Positions 26,627 to 35,507 of a DNA stretch of 64,000 nucleotides are shown in pieces. Within the stretch, counting starts at the first letter, position 1. The number at the start of each line of letters is the position of its first letter. A program made the position numbers and the translations under genes. The DNA lies in NCBI GenBank assembly GCA_963789615.1, contig CAWBLI010000008.1, positions 832,197-896,196 on the forward strand. The letters are read 5' to 3'. The notes under the pieces are model-generated. The model made no database searches. It was not told the origin of the DNA and was given only the letters and a program-made list of their open reading frames with translations. The DNA comes from an uncultured Actinomycetota bacterium. GTDB taxonomy: Bacteria; Actinomycetota; Actinomycetes; JAFAQI01.

Positions 26627-28810
26627 TCAACCCCCGGCCGGAAAGCCGGCGCGCAACGCGGCCGGCAGGCCGTCGGGGGAGAGGGCGGGTGCGAAGAACC
26701 AACCTTGTCCGGCTGTCGCCCCCGCTGTCAGGACGAAGTCGCGGACGACTTCTGTCTCGATCCCCTCGGCGATGGCCTGGAGGCCGAGCTCCTTGGTGAG
26801 CCCTAACACTGCTCGCATCAGCGCGGCGGCGCGCGGGTCGCTCACGACGTTCATGGTGAGCTGACGGTCGATCTTCAGGCCGTCGACCGGTAACGCTAGG
26901 AGGCGGGTGAGGTTGGACCAACCCGAGCCGTAGTCGTCTAGGACGGACAACGTCCCTCTGTCCCGCAGCGACTCGAGTTCGGCTCGTACGACGGCGAGGT
27001 CGGGCAGTTCGCTGGACTCGACCAGCTCGACGACGAGGTCGGCGCCGGACAAGCCATGCCGCTCGACCGCCCGCTCGATCGAGTATGCCAATCCTGGTGT
27101 CGCCAGTTCGATGGGCGCAACGTTCAGGGCCATCCGAACCCGCGGTCCGACGTGGCCAGAGCTCCGGAGCCGGGCAAGCGTCGCGCAAGCCTGGTCACGT
27201 ATCGCCCGCCCGATGGGCACCATGAGGCTGCTGCTCTCGACCGCCGGGAGAAAGGCGGCGGGGCCGAGGACGCCGGCCTCAGGGTGTTCCCAGCGAAGCA
27301 GCGCCTCCAACTCGAGAAGCTCGCCTGTGCCTAACGCCAGGATGGGCTGGTAGTACGCGACGAACTCGCCTTGGTCGAGAGCCGCTCGAAGCCGTTCCGG
27401 ATCCCTCGCGGAGGGATGAAGCTGATCACCAATCACTCCGCCTCGGATATCCGCGCGTCGCAGCTCCAGCAGCGCCATCACCTGCTGGGCAATGCCACGT
27501 AAGGTGCTCACATCGGTGTCCGAGAACGTCCGAGGTCGGTTGTCGAGGACGCAAAGGGCTCCGATCGGAAGGCCATCGCGTCCAGACAGCGGCACTCCGG
27601 CGTAAGCCTTCACCTCGGGTCGGCGCCGGAGGAACGGATGCCCTGCATAGCGGGGATCGTCGTGCAGTGCTGGCACCACGACCGGCTGCCCGGTAACAAC
27701 CACCTCCCCACAAAGCGACTCGCCTCGAGGTATCTCGGCGCCAGCCTCACCGAAGCAGGCCAACGGCCGCTGCAGACTCGCATCCACCAGGTTGACGACC
27801 GCGCCCGAAGCGCGACAGGCCGAGGCCGCCAAGCGGCACAGCAAGCTGAACGACTCGTCGGCCGGTTCGTCAAACAGCCGGTAGGAACGGAGTGACTCCA
27901 ACCGGTCGGATTCACTGTCCGGCCTTCTGCCGGCGATATCCGTCTCCGCCCGCTCGGCGATCTCCGCGGGGCCTCCCTCTCCCTTGTTGAGCAGGCCGAG
28001 GGTGATGATGCGGGCGAAGATGCCGTACCAGCGGGCGGATGTCACGGCAAGCGACACCTCCTGCGGTAGTGAACATGCCCCGTTCTCGTAGGTTGCCTTG
28101 TCGTGCCACGAGCGGAGCCGGTCGATCTCCGCTTGCTGGTCGGTGTCCAGCGACCGGCCGCTGAGGAACTGGAGCTCTGCGAGCCACCCGTGGGTAGAGC
28201 TGTGCTGCGGCGTGTCCGACTCACCGGTGCCCGGTCGCTGCCGCTGCTGACCGACCGCCCACTGCGTGACGGCGGCAAACGCCTTGTCCGCATATTGATT
28301 GGCGGTGCGCGTATCGCCCGCACGCAGAGCGGAGAGCCCATCGAGCAGGTCGAGCTCCCCGGGCACGCCAGCCACGATCGCGACGTCGCAGGATGGTTCG
28401 TCCGTCGTGACGTCAATGGGGCACACCACGAGGGTCCGGTCGACGCCGTCCCTCTTGACCCGCCAGGTGCGAATGTCGCTGGGCGTGACCAAGCGGGCCG
28501 CTACATCGTGCGTCGCGAGTCGATACCGTTGGATGGCCTGGTTCAGGATCGGCAGCTGTGCGGTGCAGAAACGCGCCCAGTCCACGCTTTCCGGCGGATC
28601 CGGGCTTGCCAGTCGGATTCGGGCCAACGTGGACCCCTCGCCGATGGCGGCAAACGACGCCTCGACCTCGCCCGAGGCGTTCGTCACGCCAACGATGTTG
28701 CGCTTCGTCGAGATCGCGAAAGGCAGCTCGACGGAGAGCTCGACCTGAGGCTCACCGCATCCCGTCTCATTCATGCCGTCGTAATCGACGGGCTGCGGGG
28801 TTCCTTGCAT
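26627..28810 (-). CDS. unknown N-terminal domain - GAF - EAL c-di-GMP phosphodiesterase
   Basis: The GAF region is VVNLVDASLQ...AYAGVPL...GALCVLDNRPRTF. The EAL domain has EALLRW, NVAP, ELVES, DDYGSG, KIDRQL, EGIET and QGWFF. I cannot assign the first ~330 aa. Confidence 0.85.
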   Translation of the reverse strand: MQGTPQPVDYDGMNETGCGEPQVELSVELPFAISTKRNIVGVTNASGEVEASFAAIGEGSTLARIRLASPDPPESVDWARFCTAQLPILNQAIQRYRLATHDVAARLVTPSDIRTWRVKRDGVDRTLVVCPIDVTTDEPSCDVAIVAGVPGELDLLDGLSALRAGDTRTANQYADKAFAAVTQWAVGQQRQRPGTGESDTPQHSSTHGWLAELQFLSGRSLDTDQQAEIDRLRSWHDKATYENGACSLPQEVSLAVTSARWYGIFARIITLGLLNKGEGGPAEIAERAETDIAGRRPDSESDRLESLRSYRLFDEPADESFSLLCRLAASACRASGAVVNLVDASLQRPLACFGEAGAEIPRGESLCGEVVVTGQPVVVPALHDDPRYAGHPFLRRRPEVKAYAGVPLSGRDGLPIGALCVLDNRPRTFSDTDVSTLRGIAQQVMALLELRRADIRGGVIGDQLHPSARDPERLRAALDQGEFVAYYQPILALGTGELLELEALLRWEHPEAGVLGPAAFLPAVESSSLMVPIGRAIRDQACATLARLRSSGHVGPRVRMALNVAPIELATPGLAYSIERAVERHGLSGADLVVELVESSELPDLAVVRAELESLRDRGTLSVLDDYGSGWSNLTRLLALPVDGLKIDRQLTMNVVSDPRAAALMRAVLGLTKELGLQAIAEGIETEVVRDFVLTAGATAGQGWFFAPALSPDGLPAALRAGFPAGG

Positions 28811-28828
28811 AGGCGCAATATCACCGTT

Positions 28829-29479
28829 TCACCTCCGAATGTCCGTGTCGCGGAACAAGTCGAGGAGTTCCTGCTGCGAGTGCACGCCCAGCTTGCGGAA
28901 GGTCGAGGACAGGTAGTTGCGGACTGTGCTCTGTGCCAAGTACATCGAGCGAGCGATAGCGGGGACCCGATCGCCGCGGAGCAGCCGGCGAGCGACGTCA
29001 CGCTCACGATCGGAGAGCGCAGAGAGATCCGGGGTGACGGGCAGAACGGAGGCAGCGTTAGTGCCGGCCTGGTACAGGCCGACGGCCCGGGCAACTACGC
29101 GCAGGAAGGTGTCGGGAAAGGGGCCACCCCCGGCGCCCGCATCGATCGCGGAATGTCGAACGAGAGCGAAGGCGCAGCTGGGTGCCGGGAGCAGGGGCGC
29201 GACGATGAGGGAGGCGGGGACCAGCCGTCGACCGCGATAGCGAAGGTGGACGCGCAGGGCACCGCCGGTTGGGCTGCTCGCCAGGACCCGCAGCAGGGGA
29301 CCGGTGTCGCTCTGGCTGATCAAAGTCAACAGCGAGGTGCCCAACACCTCGTCGTGCCGTGAACCAAGCAGGACCTCGACATCGCGGCCGATCCGATCGA
29401 CGATGAAGTTGGAGTCGACGGACCCCACGACAACGCACGGACCTGGCTGGTTGTCGTCGATCAGCGTGGCTCCAGCCAC
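28829..29479 (-). CDS. PAS-like / LuxR-HTH transcriptional regulator
   Basis: The C-terminal HTH is LSDRERDVARRLLRGDRVPAIARSMYLAQSTVRNYLSSTFRKLGVHSQQELLDL. It ends 18 nt upstream of the GAF-EAL gene. Confidence 0.8.
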   Translation of the reverse strand: MAGATLIDDNQPGPCVVVGSVDSNFIVDRIGRDVEVLLGSRHDEVLGTSLLTLISQSDTGPLLRVLASSPTGGALRVHLRYRGRRLVPASLIVAPLLPAPSCAFALVRHSAIDAGAGGGPFPDTFLRVVARAVGLYQAGTNAASVLPVTPDLSALSDRERDVARRLLRGDRVPAIARSMYLAQSTVRNYLSSTFRKLGVHSQQELLDLFRDTDIRR

Positions 29480-29593
29480 CGCATGCCCCGGAGCGACGCT
29501 CCCGGCAGGAGTCGGCCGCGAGATAGGTCAGGCGCCGACGCAGACATGGTGTCCACCATCGGATGCTGGTCCCATAGTGACAACGACGAAACG

Positions 29594-30640
29594 TCACGGG
29601 TGTGAAGGCGGTCTGTCCTTTTTGCGCAGTAGATCGAGCAGTTCTTGCTGCGAACTTACGCCGAGCTCGCGGAAAACTGACGATAGGTGGTTGCGGACCG
29701 TGCTGGGGCTGAGGTACAGGTCGCGGGCGATGGCCGGCACCCGATCGCCCGAGAGCAACCGCTCGACGATCTGCAGTTCGCGGGTTGACAGTCCCGTGAT
29801 CCCCGGGATGTCGCGACGAATATCAGCCAGATTGCGGGACACAGACGTCAGTCCCGCCGCATCGACAAACCGCTGGAGCAGGTCCTCGAGGTCGCTGCGG
29901 GCGGATGTGGACAGGTCAATGGACGGATCGCTGACCAGTGCGAACGCGATGCTGGGAGACGGGACCAGCGGCCACAGCGCTACCAGGGTCGACACGGGAC
30001 CCCCGTCTTGGGTCCGCAACCCGATCCGGGTCATGCCACCGATACCCGTCGCGACGGTCTGGGCCAACGCGGACAGCAGGTCCGCGGCGTCTGGCGCATC
30101 GACGAGCCAGAGCAGCGGCTTCCCCAGAACCTCATCCGCGCCGAAGCCGAGCAGCCGCTCGACCTCGCCCGAGATCCGATCAATGACCAGCCCGCGGTCC
30201 GCGGAGCCCACCGCTACCACTCCCCGTGCGTCGGTGGGTTGGGCTCGCGGCGGAAGATAGTGCGGACGTGTCGGTTCCAAGATGACGGCAAATGCCAGGC
30301 GTACCTCCGGCCCTTGGTCCGCCGGGCGGACCCACATGTCATAGGGAACGCGCTGGCCGCCGACGCGTACCTGGCGGGTCGTCTGGTACCCGGAGATACG
30401 GCCGGTGCGAAGTAGCGGCAGACCCCCCGATGGCGAATCCTCAGTGAAGTCTTCGAGGTTGTGGCCCACTACGTCGCCGGAGTCGTTGGACAGCAGGTGG
30501 ACGGCCGACGGGCTCGCCGCCACGATCGTCTCGCTCTCGACGTCCAGCAGCAGGGTCGGAACGGGACATGCCTCGGTCGCCCGGATCGCGGCGACGGATC
30601 GGCTCGACGTCGGTCGGGAACGGCCGCGGGATCCCGCCAC
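29594..30640 (-). CDS. double PAS-like / LuxR-HTH transcriptional regulator (paralog of 28829-29479)
   Basis: The C-terminal HTH is LSTRELQIVERLLSGDRVPAIARDLYLSPSTVRNHLSSVFRELGVSSQQELLDL. Two sensor modules, the second resembling that of the neighbouring gene. Confidence 0.8.
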   Translation of the reverse strand: MAGSRGRSRPTSSRSVAAIRATEACPVPTLLLDVESETIVAASPSAVHLLSNDSGDVVGHNLEDFTEDSPSGGLPLLRTGRISGYQTTRQVRVGGQRVPYDMWVRPADQGPEVRLAFAVILEPTRPHYLPPRAQPTDARGVVAVGSADRGLVIDRISGEVERLLGFGADEVLGKPLLWLVDAPDAADLLSALAQTVATGIGGMTRIGLRTQDGGPVSTLVALWPLVPSPSIAFALVSDPSIDLSTSARSDLEDLLQRFVDAAGLTSVSRNLADIRRDIPGITGLSTRELQIVERLLSGDRVPAIARDLYLSPSTVRNHLSSVFRELGVSSQQELLDLLRKKDRPPSHP

Positions 30641-30729
30641 CGGCTCACCTCCCGCTCGGCGATTACCGAGCTCCCGTTTGTTCGGGACAGATAGGAGTAT
30701 GCGCGCCGCCTCGGATTAGCGCTAAGGGT

Positions 30730-30951
30730 GACGACCTCCTGCCGCCGACCGGGGCCAATCGGAGCCATGGCTTCGCCGCTCGCGCCGCGCAGGGGGCTCG
30801 GAGCCGCGATCGTCTCGCCGACCGCGCTGTCGATCCTCACGACCCCTTCTCCGGGGGCGCCGAGCGCAACCGAGCGCTCGGCATCTGGGGTGCCGTCGCC
30901 GGCGCTGGAGGCGCAGCCGGGGTCCTGCTCGGTGGCATCCTTACCAGCGGA
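30730..30951 (+). pseudogene. relic of an MFS (DHA2-type) transporter, about 70 codons with two frameshifts
   Basis: Joining frames gives ...GFAARAAQG | LGAAIVSPTALSILTT | PFSGGAERNRALGIWGAVAGAGGAAGVLLGGILTS, the conserved TM4-TM6 region of drug-efflux MFS proteins. The indels fall in a G5 run (30792-96) and a C4 run (30843-46). I see no N- or C-terminal remainder. Confidence 0.5.
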
Positions 30952-31155
30952 CCGAATCGTCGGCGCGGCTTTCGACCAGCATCTGGGGCGCGAGCGCTGT
31001 CGGAATGACGCGCCTTCTCATTGGCCTCGGCGACGCCAGCCTCGTTGAGCGAATAGAAGTTGAGCGAATAGAAAGGGACGCTGACCTGCTCTGCAACTGG
31101 GATCGCTTCTTTGGTCCCGCCACCTGTCTCCCGGCTGCCTCATCTCGAGTTCGGG

Positions 31156-31806
31156 TCAACTGCGGATCGCGGTAGTTTCGCGGGTGAACTGGCGGTGGCC
31201 GATCAGCTTGTAGGCCAGGCGAGCGGGGGCCGGCACGATCTGCAGGAACCTCTGCCGTTCCGCGTCGTCGGTTTCTTCGGTGATGTGGCCGAGGATGACC
31301 AGCCGTCGCTTCACTGGAATCGCGTTCATGCCGTGCTTGCCGAGCGCGTCCCATTCGTTTTGTGTCAGCGTGATCGAGACGATCGGGAGCAGTTTGTGCT
31401 CTTCCTCGGCCAGGTGGGCGATCAGTGTCGGCATCGTGGCGTCTAGCACGGCGGCCATTCGCTCGCCGGCGGCGGCGTCGGCGCTCGTTGTCCACGCCGG
31501 TAGCTCCGAGCCGACGGCCGCGACGGCGTCGTTGACCTGCGCGTGCTGCGCATCCATCCGGTCCATCAGCTCCGGGTCGAGCGCCGCCCGCTCCCGCAGC
31601 AAGGGGAAGAGCAGCTCGTCCTCGCCGGTGTGGTGCGTGTGGAGGAAGTGCAGCATCTCTCGTGCGTGCGCGCCGATCACCTTGGATCGCGCACGGTCAT
31701 TGGCCGCGGCGCGGAACAGTCGCGGAAGCTGACCGAACTCGCGCCGGATGACGCGGTGGATCAGAACCATCTCGTGGGTGTCGACGGCGGGCCCGGAGGT
31801 GCTCAC
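31156..31806 (-). CDS. hemerythrin HHE cation-binding domain protein
   Basis: THEMVLIHRVIRREF ... HFLHTHHTGEDELLFP ... LIAHLAEEEHKLLP are His/Glu motifs of the hemerythrin-like fold. Confidence 0.8.
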   Translation of the reverse strand: MSTSGPAVDTHEMVLIHRVIRREFGQLPRLFRAAANDRARSKVIGAHAREMLHFLHTHHTGEDELLFPLLRERAALDPELMDRMDAQHAQVNDAVAAVGSELPAWTTSADAAAGERMAAVLDATMPTLIAHLAEEEHKLLPIVSITLTQNEWDALGKHGMNAIPVKRRLVILGHITEETDDAERQRFLQIVPAPARLAYKLIGHRQFTRETTAIRS

Positions 31807-32672
31807 CGTGACACCTCGATGGTTGCGGCGTTCTGGACGGCTTCGCGTGCGGTGGTTGCTGGTCGGCCGATGAGCTTCACCAGGTCGTCGCTAGCGGTAA
31901 ACAACTCTCCGCGGGCCAGGCCGGCATCAGCGTCGGCGACGGCTGCGGCCATCGCGGGGGGCACCCCCGCAGCTGTCAGAGCACCGGTGTAGTCAGTGAC
32001 CGACATGTCCCGGTAGGGGATGTGGGTGCCGAGGACGTCGCTGATCGTGGCGGCGAGTTCGGTCAGGGTGAATGGCGTTCCGCCGAGCTCGTAGGTCGCG
32101 CCGAGATGCCCGTCCTGCGTCAGCACCGCGGCAGCGGCGGCCGCGTAGTCGCGGCGGCTGGCCGCGCTGACGAGACCGTCCTGCGCGCTGCCCGACAATG
32201 CGTGGTACTCGGCGATCCTCGGGAGCTGGTCGGTGTAGTTCTCCACGTACCACCCGTTGCGCAGGATGACGAACGCCGAACCGCTGCCACGCAGGTAGTC
32301 CTCGGTGCGGCGATGCTCGTCGGCGAGCGTCATGCGCGCCGTCGAGGCGTTGACGATGCTGGTGTACGCGATCCGGGACACGCCCGCTCGGGTCGCCGCG
32401 TCGATGGCGTTGCGGGCGTTGTCGAACCGCTCCCCGACCGTCGTCGTCGAGACCAACAGCATCGCGTCGGCGCCCATGAAAGCGTCGTCGAGGGTGATTG
32501 GGTTAGCGAAGTCCGCCCGCCGCACCGTGACCCCATGGTGTGCGAGGTCGGCCAGATTGTCGATGTCTCGGCCGGTCGCCACGATGTGCGCCGGCGATGT
32601 TCCGGTGGCGAGGAGTTGTTGTACGACGAGCCGGCCGAGGTGACCTGATGCGCCGGTGATGACAGTGGACAC
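31803..32672 (-). CDS. NmrA/SDR-family NAD(P)H-binding oxidoreductase (quinone reductase-like)
   Basis: MSTVITGASGHLGRLVV is the Rossmann motif, and it has the YtfG/QOR2-like overall layout. Its stop overlaps the hemerythrin start (GTGA). Confidence 0.85.
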   Translation of the reverse strand: MSTVITGASGHLGRLVVQQLLATGTSPAHIVATGRDIDNLADLAHHGVTVRRADFANPITLDDAFMGADAMLLVSTTTVGERFDNARNAIDAATRAGVSRIAYTSIVNASTARMTLADEHRRTEDYLRGSGSAFVILRNGWYVENYTDQLPRIAEYHALSGSAQDGLVSAASRRDYAAAAAAVLTQDGHLGATYELGGTPFTLTELAATISDVLGTHIPYRDMSVTDYTGALTAAGVPPAMAAAVADADAGLARGELFTASDDLVKLIGRPATTAREAVQNAATIEVSR

Positions 32673-32886
32673 GTGTTGCCTCTCGATCAGGAAGTGCGGC
32701 GTGAGCGAATACCGTCGGTGACGTGGGCCGCGATCGCTCGGAGCACCGGGAAGGTCGTCAGGATCATTGACGAATGTAGTCAGTAGCGCTGACCAATGTC
32801 AAGACGGAGTCGAAGGCTGCCGGCGGTGGCTGGCCGCGGCGGCCTGGGCGAACGCGAACCGCGGCGGACGGCTCGTCGCCGGCGGG

Positions 32887-33330
32887 TCACCGCGCGTAGG
32901 GGTCGGTGATCTCGCGAAGCTGATCCAGGATCTGCTGCAACAGCGTGAAGTTGCGGCTGCCCAGATAGGCCTCCCACTCCGAGAGGATCTCGTCGAGTGT
33001 CGCCACGGCCACCTCGACCGCGCGCCGGCCACGTGGCTCAATCACAATCAATCGAGCGCGGCCATCCGTGGGGTCAGGGACCCGTCGGACATAGCCTAGT
33101 CGTTCTAGTTGATCGACCAGCACGCCGGCGCTCTGCTTACTCATTTGCGCCTGGTCAGCGAGGTCCGTAAGGCGCGAACCGTCCGGGGCGATGCGTTGAA
33201 ACACCCGGCACTGGACGAGAGTCCAGTCGTCGAACCCAGCGTCCTGGATGGCCCGGAAAATCCGGTCCTCGGTGTACCGATACGGGATGAACAACGACAC
33301 CCCAAGATCAACCCGCTTCTCGTCGTCCAT
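32887..33330 (-). CDS. MarR family transcriptional regulator
   Basis: The winged-helix core is LTDLADQAQMSKQSAGVLVDQLERLGYVRRVPDPTDGRARLI. Start at ATG 33330. Confidence 0.85.
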   Translation of the reverse strand: MDDEKRVDLGVSLFIPYRYTEDRIFRAIQDAGFDDWTLVQCRVFQRIAPDGSRLTDLADQAQMSKQSAGVLVDQLERLGYVRRVPDPTDGRARLIVIEPRGRRAVEVAVATLDEILSEWEAYLGSRNFTLLQQILDQLREITDPYAR

Positions 33331-33774
33331 GCCGCTCCCGCTCCATTGCCCATCTGATCTAATCCCACGAGGTCCACACCGCACGTCCACACTGCCAAGC
33401 CATATCGCCGCTGGCCCCGGCCACGACTAATAGTAAGAGTATCTGACTAGTGCGAACCATGTCGCCGGTGGGACTGCGCGACCGATTTAGCACTGGACGC
33501 CCGGCCACGAGCTGCTTCATCAAACAAGGAGTCGGTTCTGGCCGTCGCAGACTCAGTTGGTTAGGAGTATCGGTTGCGGCCGGGATCCGTCGGCCGCTGA
33601 CCCAGTACGTCGAGTCGCATCCCGACCTGCGCCTCATCGACGAAGCCTTCAGCAGATCCAGCAGGCGGTCGGGACGACAAAGACTCGGAGTCGCGAGACT
33701 CGGGAGTTTCTGTCGGAGGTCGTCGAGGAGTTGCGGTCTAACGGGTTCGTCGCCGACGCCCTGCGCCGCGCCGG

Positions 33775-34569
33775 TCACCCCACCACATTGGGAGCGCGGC
33801 CCCGGGAGTAGACCACTCCTACGAAGCGCCCGCCATTGTGGTGGTGAGATGCCCGCGCAGTTCCATGGGTCCAGTCCCCGGCAAGATGAAGCACGAGCAG
33901 GCCCGTTCCCACGCTGACCGCGATGGCGAGGACGAAAATGCCGCCTCGCCAGGCGGCGCCGGGCGGTCGGTGATGTCGAGGCCGGGCACCGACGGCAATC
34001 TGGGCGGCGGGCACGGTCCGGGCGAGCGCATGAAGGCCGGTCGCGACGGCCCATATCGCGAAGCAGGCTTGATGCAGCGTCAGTGCGTCGATGCGATACC
34101 CCGCGATGGACACGATTGTGGTGAATGTGGCGCTTCCCAGGGCGATCAAGGCAAGCCCGGTGCCGAGCACAGCGAGACCGGTGAGGATGACGAAGGGGCC
34201 GAGCAAACGCAGCAGCATCGGCGGCGGTCCACCCTGGCGGTACTCGTCGGATCCTAGGTAGTAGCGGGCGATGCGCCAGCCCGTCGTTGCCGTCTTCAAC
34301 AGAACCATCGGGACTAGCGCCGCACCGAGCAGGATGTGCAAGCTCAGCATGAGGTGAAGCGAGATCAGCGTGAAGCACTCGACAAGAAACGCCACAAGCA
34401 GGACCAGTCCGGTCCACGCGGTGAGCCGCGCATTACCGGCCGGCCCTCCGGTGACTGGTGCGACGGGATCGTCGCGATGCCGGGCACCAAGGGCGGTATC
34501 CCACACGTCGCGAAGAGCGCCGTCAACTGTGGGTGCTGCGCCGCGCCCTCTGGTCTCCGACCCATTCAT
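33775..34569 (-). CDS. hypothetical polytopic membrane protein
   Basis: Starting from ATG 34569 (MNGSETRG...), there are 5-6 hydrophobic helices, e.g. LTAWTGLVLLVAFLVECFTLISLHLMLSLHILLGAALVPMVLL. Confidence 0.55.
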   Translation of the reverse strand: MNGSETRGRGAAPTVDGALRDVWDTALGARHRDDPVAPVTGGPAGNARLTAWTGLVLLVAFLVECFTLISLHLMLSLHILLGAALVPMVLLKTATTGWRIARYYLGSDEYRQGGPPPMLLRLLGPFVILTGLAVLGTGLALIALGSATFTTIVSIAGYRIDALTLHQACFAIWAVATGLHALARTVPAAQIAVGARPRHHRPPGAAWRGGIFVLAIAVSVGTGLLVLHLAGDWTHGTARASHHHNGGRFVGVVYSRGRAPNVVG

Positions 34570-34762
34570 CGCAAATCCAGGGTGGCCGGCGCCGAGCCGA
34601 GGCATCTGCTCGAGACGTCCGCAGCGGCCCGGACGACCCGCGCCGGGTTCTGGCCGGTAGCGAACGACTGCCCGCTGGCCACCTAGCCAGCATGCCGCAG
34701 TCGTGGAAAGCAGGACCACTCAGTTTGCTCTGAGTGTCCTCTGAGACAGCTCCAGTGAGAAA

Positions 34763-35132
34763 ATGACGAAGGTCAGGTCGGCGACCTCTACCGATCTGAC
34801 GCTCGTCCTCAGAGCCGGAGCACAGGTCAGCGACTCAGCCACCAGGTTGGTTGGTTGGTCAGTACCTACAGCAGGTGCTACCAGGGAACCTAGCCGCGGG
34901 TTCGGCGGCGTTGCTCGCGTGCAAGGTATCAAATGGGCCGTTTCTGACGAGAAACCGCTATCCGACAGGCTTCTGGATGTTCTGGAGCGTGTTGATCTTC
35001 AACGCAGCGGCAGCTGGACTATTGGGGCTGACTCCGGGCCAGTTCCTCGCCACGGTTGGATGCACTGTGACCCGTCTACATCAGCATCTGCTCGGTTCTG
35101 GAAGAGCGGTCGCGACGGCCGGCGGCGTTTGA
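34763..35132 (+). pseudogene. possible DUF4279-like gene with a frameshift (low confidence)
   Basis: Frame 34763 gives LTLVLRAGAQVSDSATRLVGWSVPT...GIKWAVSDEKPLSDRLLDVLERV. Frame 34851 continues LIFNAAAAGLLGLTPGQFLATVGCTV. The pattern resembles DUF4279 as I recall it. Codon bias is weak. Confidence 0.25.
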
Positions 35133-35507
35133 CGCCGCGTTCAACCTGCGGTGACCCGAGCGACGTGGGAAGGGCGAGGTGTTGCCTCATTTCGCGGTTG
35201 ACCCGGTGGCCGGCGATCGCGCGTGGAGCGTCGCCATCGTCGTTGCTCTTCTTGTGATCCTTTACGCGGGCTTGAGCGTCCGCCGACTGTCTCGGTGCGT
35301 CAGCCCGGAGTCTCGACCTGGCGATGACACGTCACTCTTTCGAATGAAAACGCCCGAGAAGCCACTACTTGAGGCTCGCGCCGTGTGAGCCGGGGATGCG
35401 GCACGATCTGATGGCGATCCGACGCGAGGCAGTCTGACTGGAATCGTTCGCTGGCAGAAGCGGTCTCAACCATGCGGTGGAGGTCGATCATGCACTGAGG
35501 AGGCATA

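Noticed and set aside
33450-33811. A possible gene relic (…PLTQYVESHPDLRLIDEAFS… and …TREFLSEVVEELRSNGFVADALRRAGH…) between the MarR gene and the membrane protein.
   Set aside because: The two protein-like stretches are in different frames, they are short, and I cannot tie them to a family. This is insufficient for a call.
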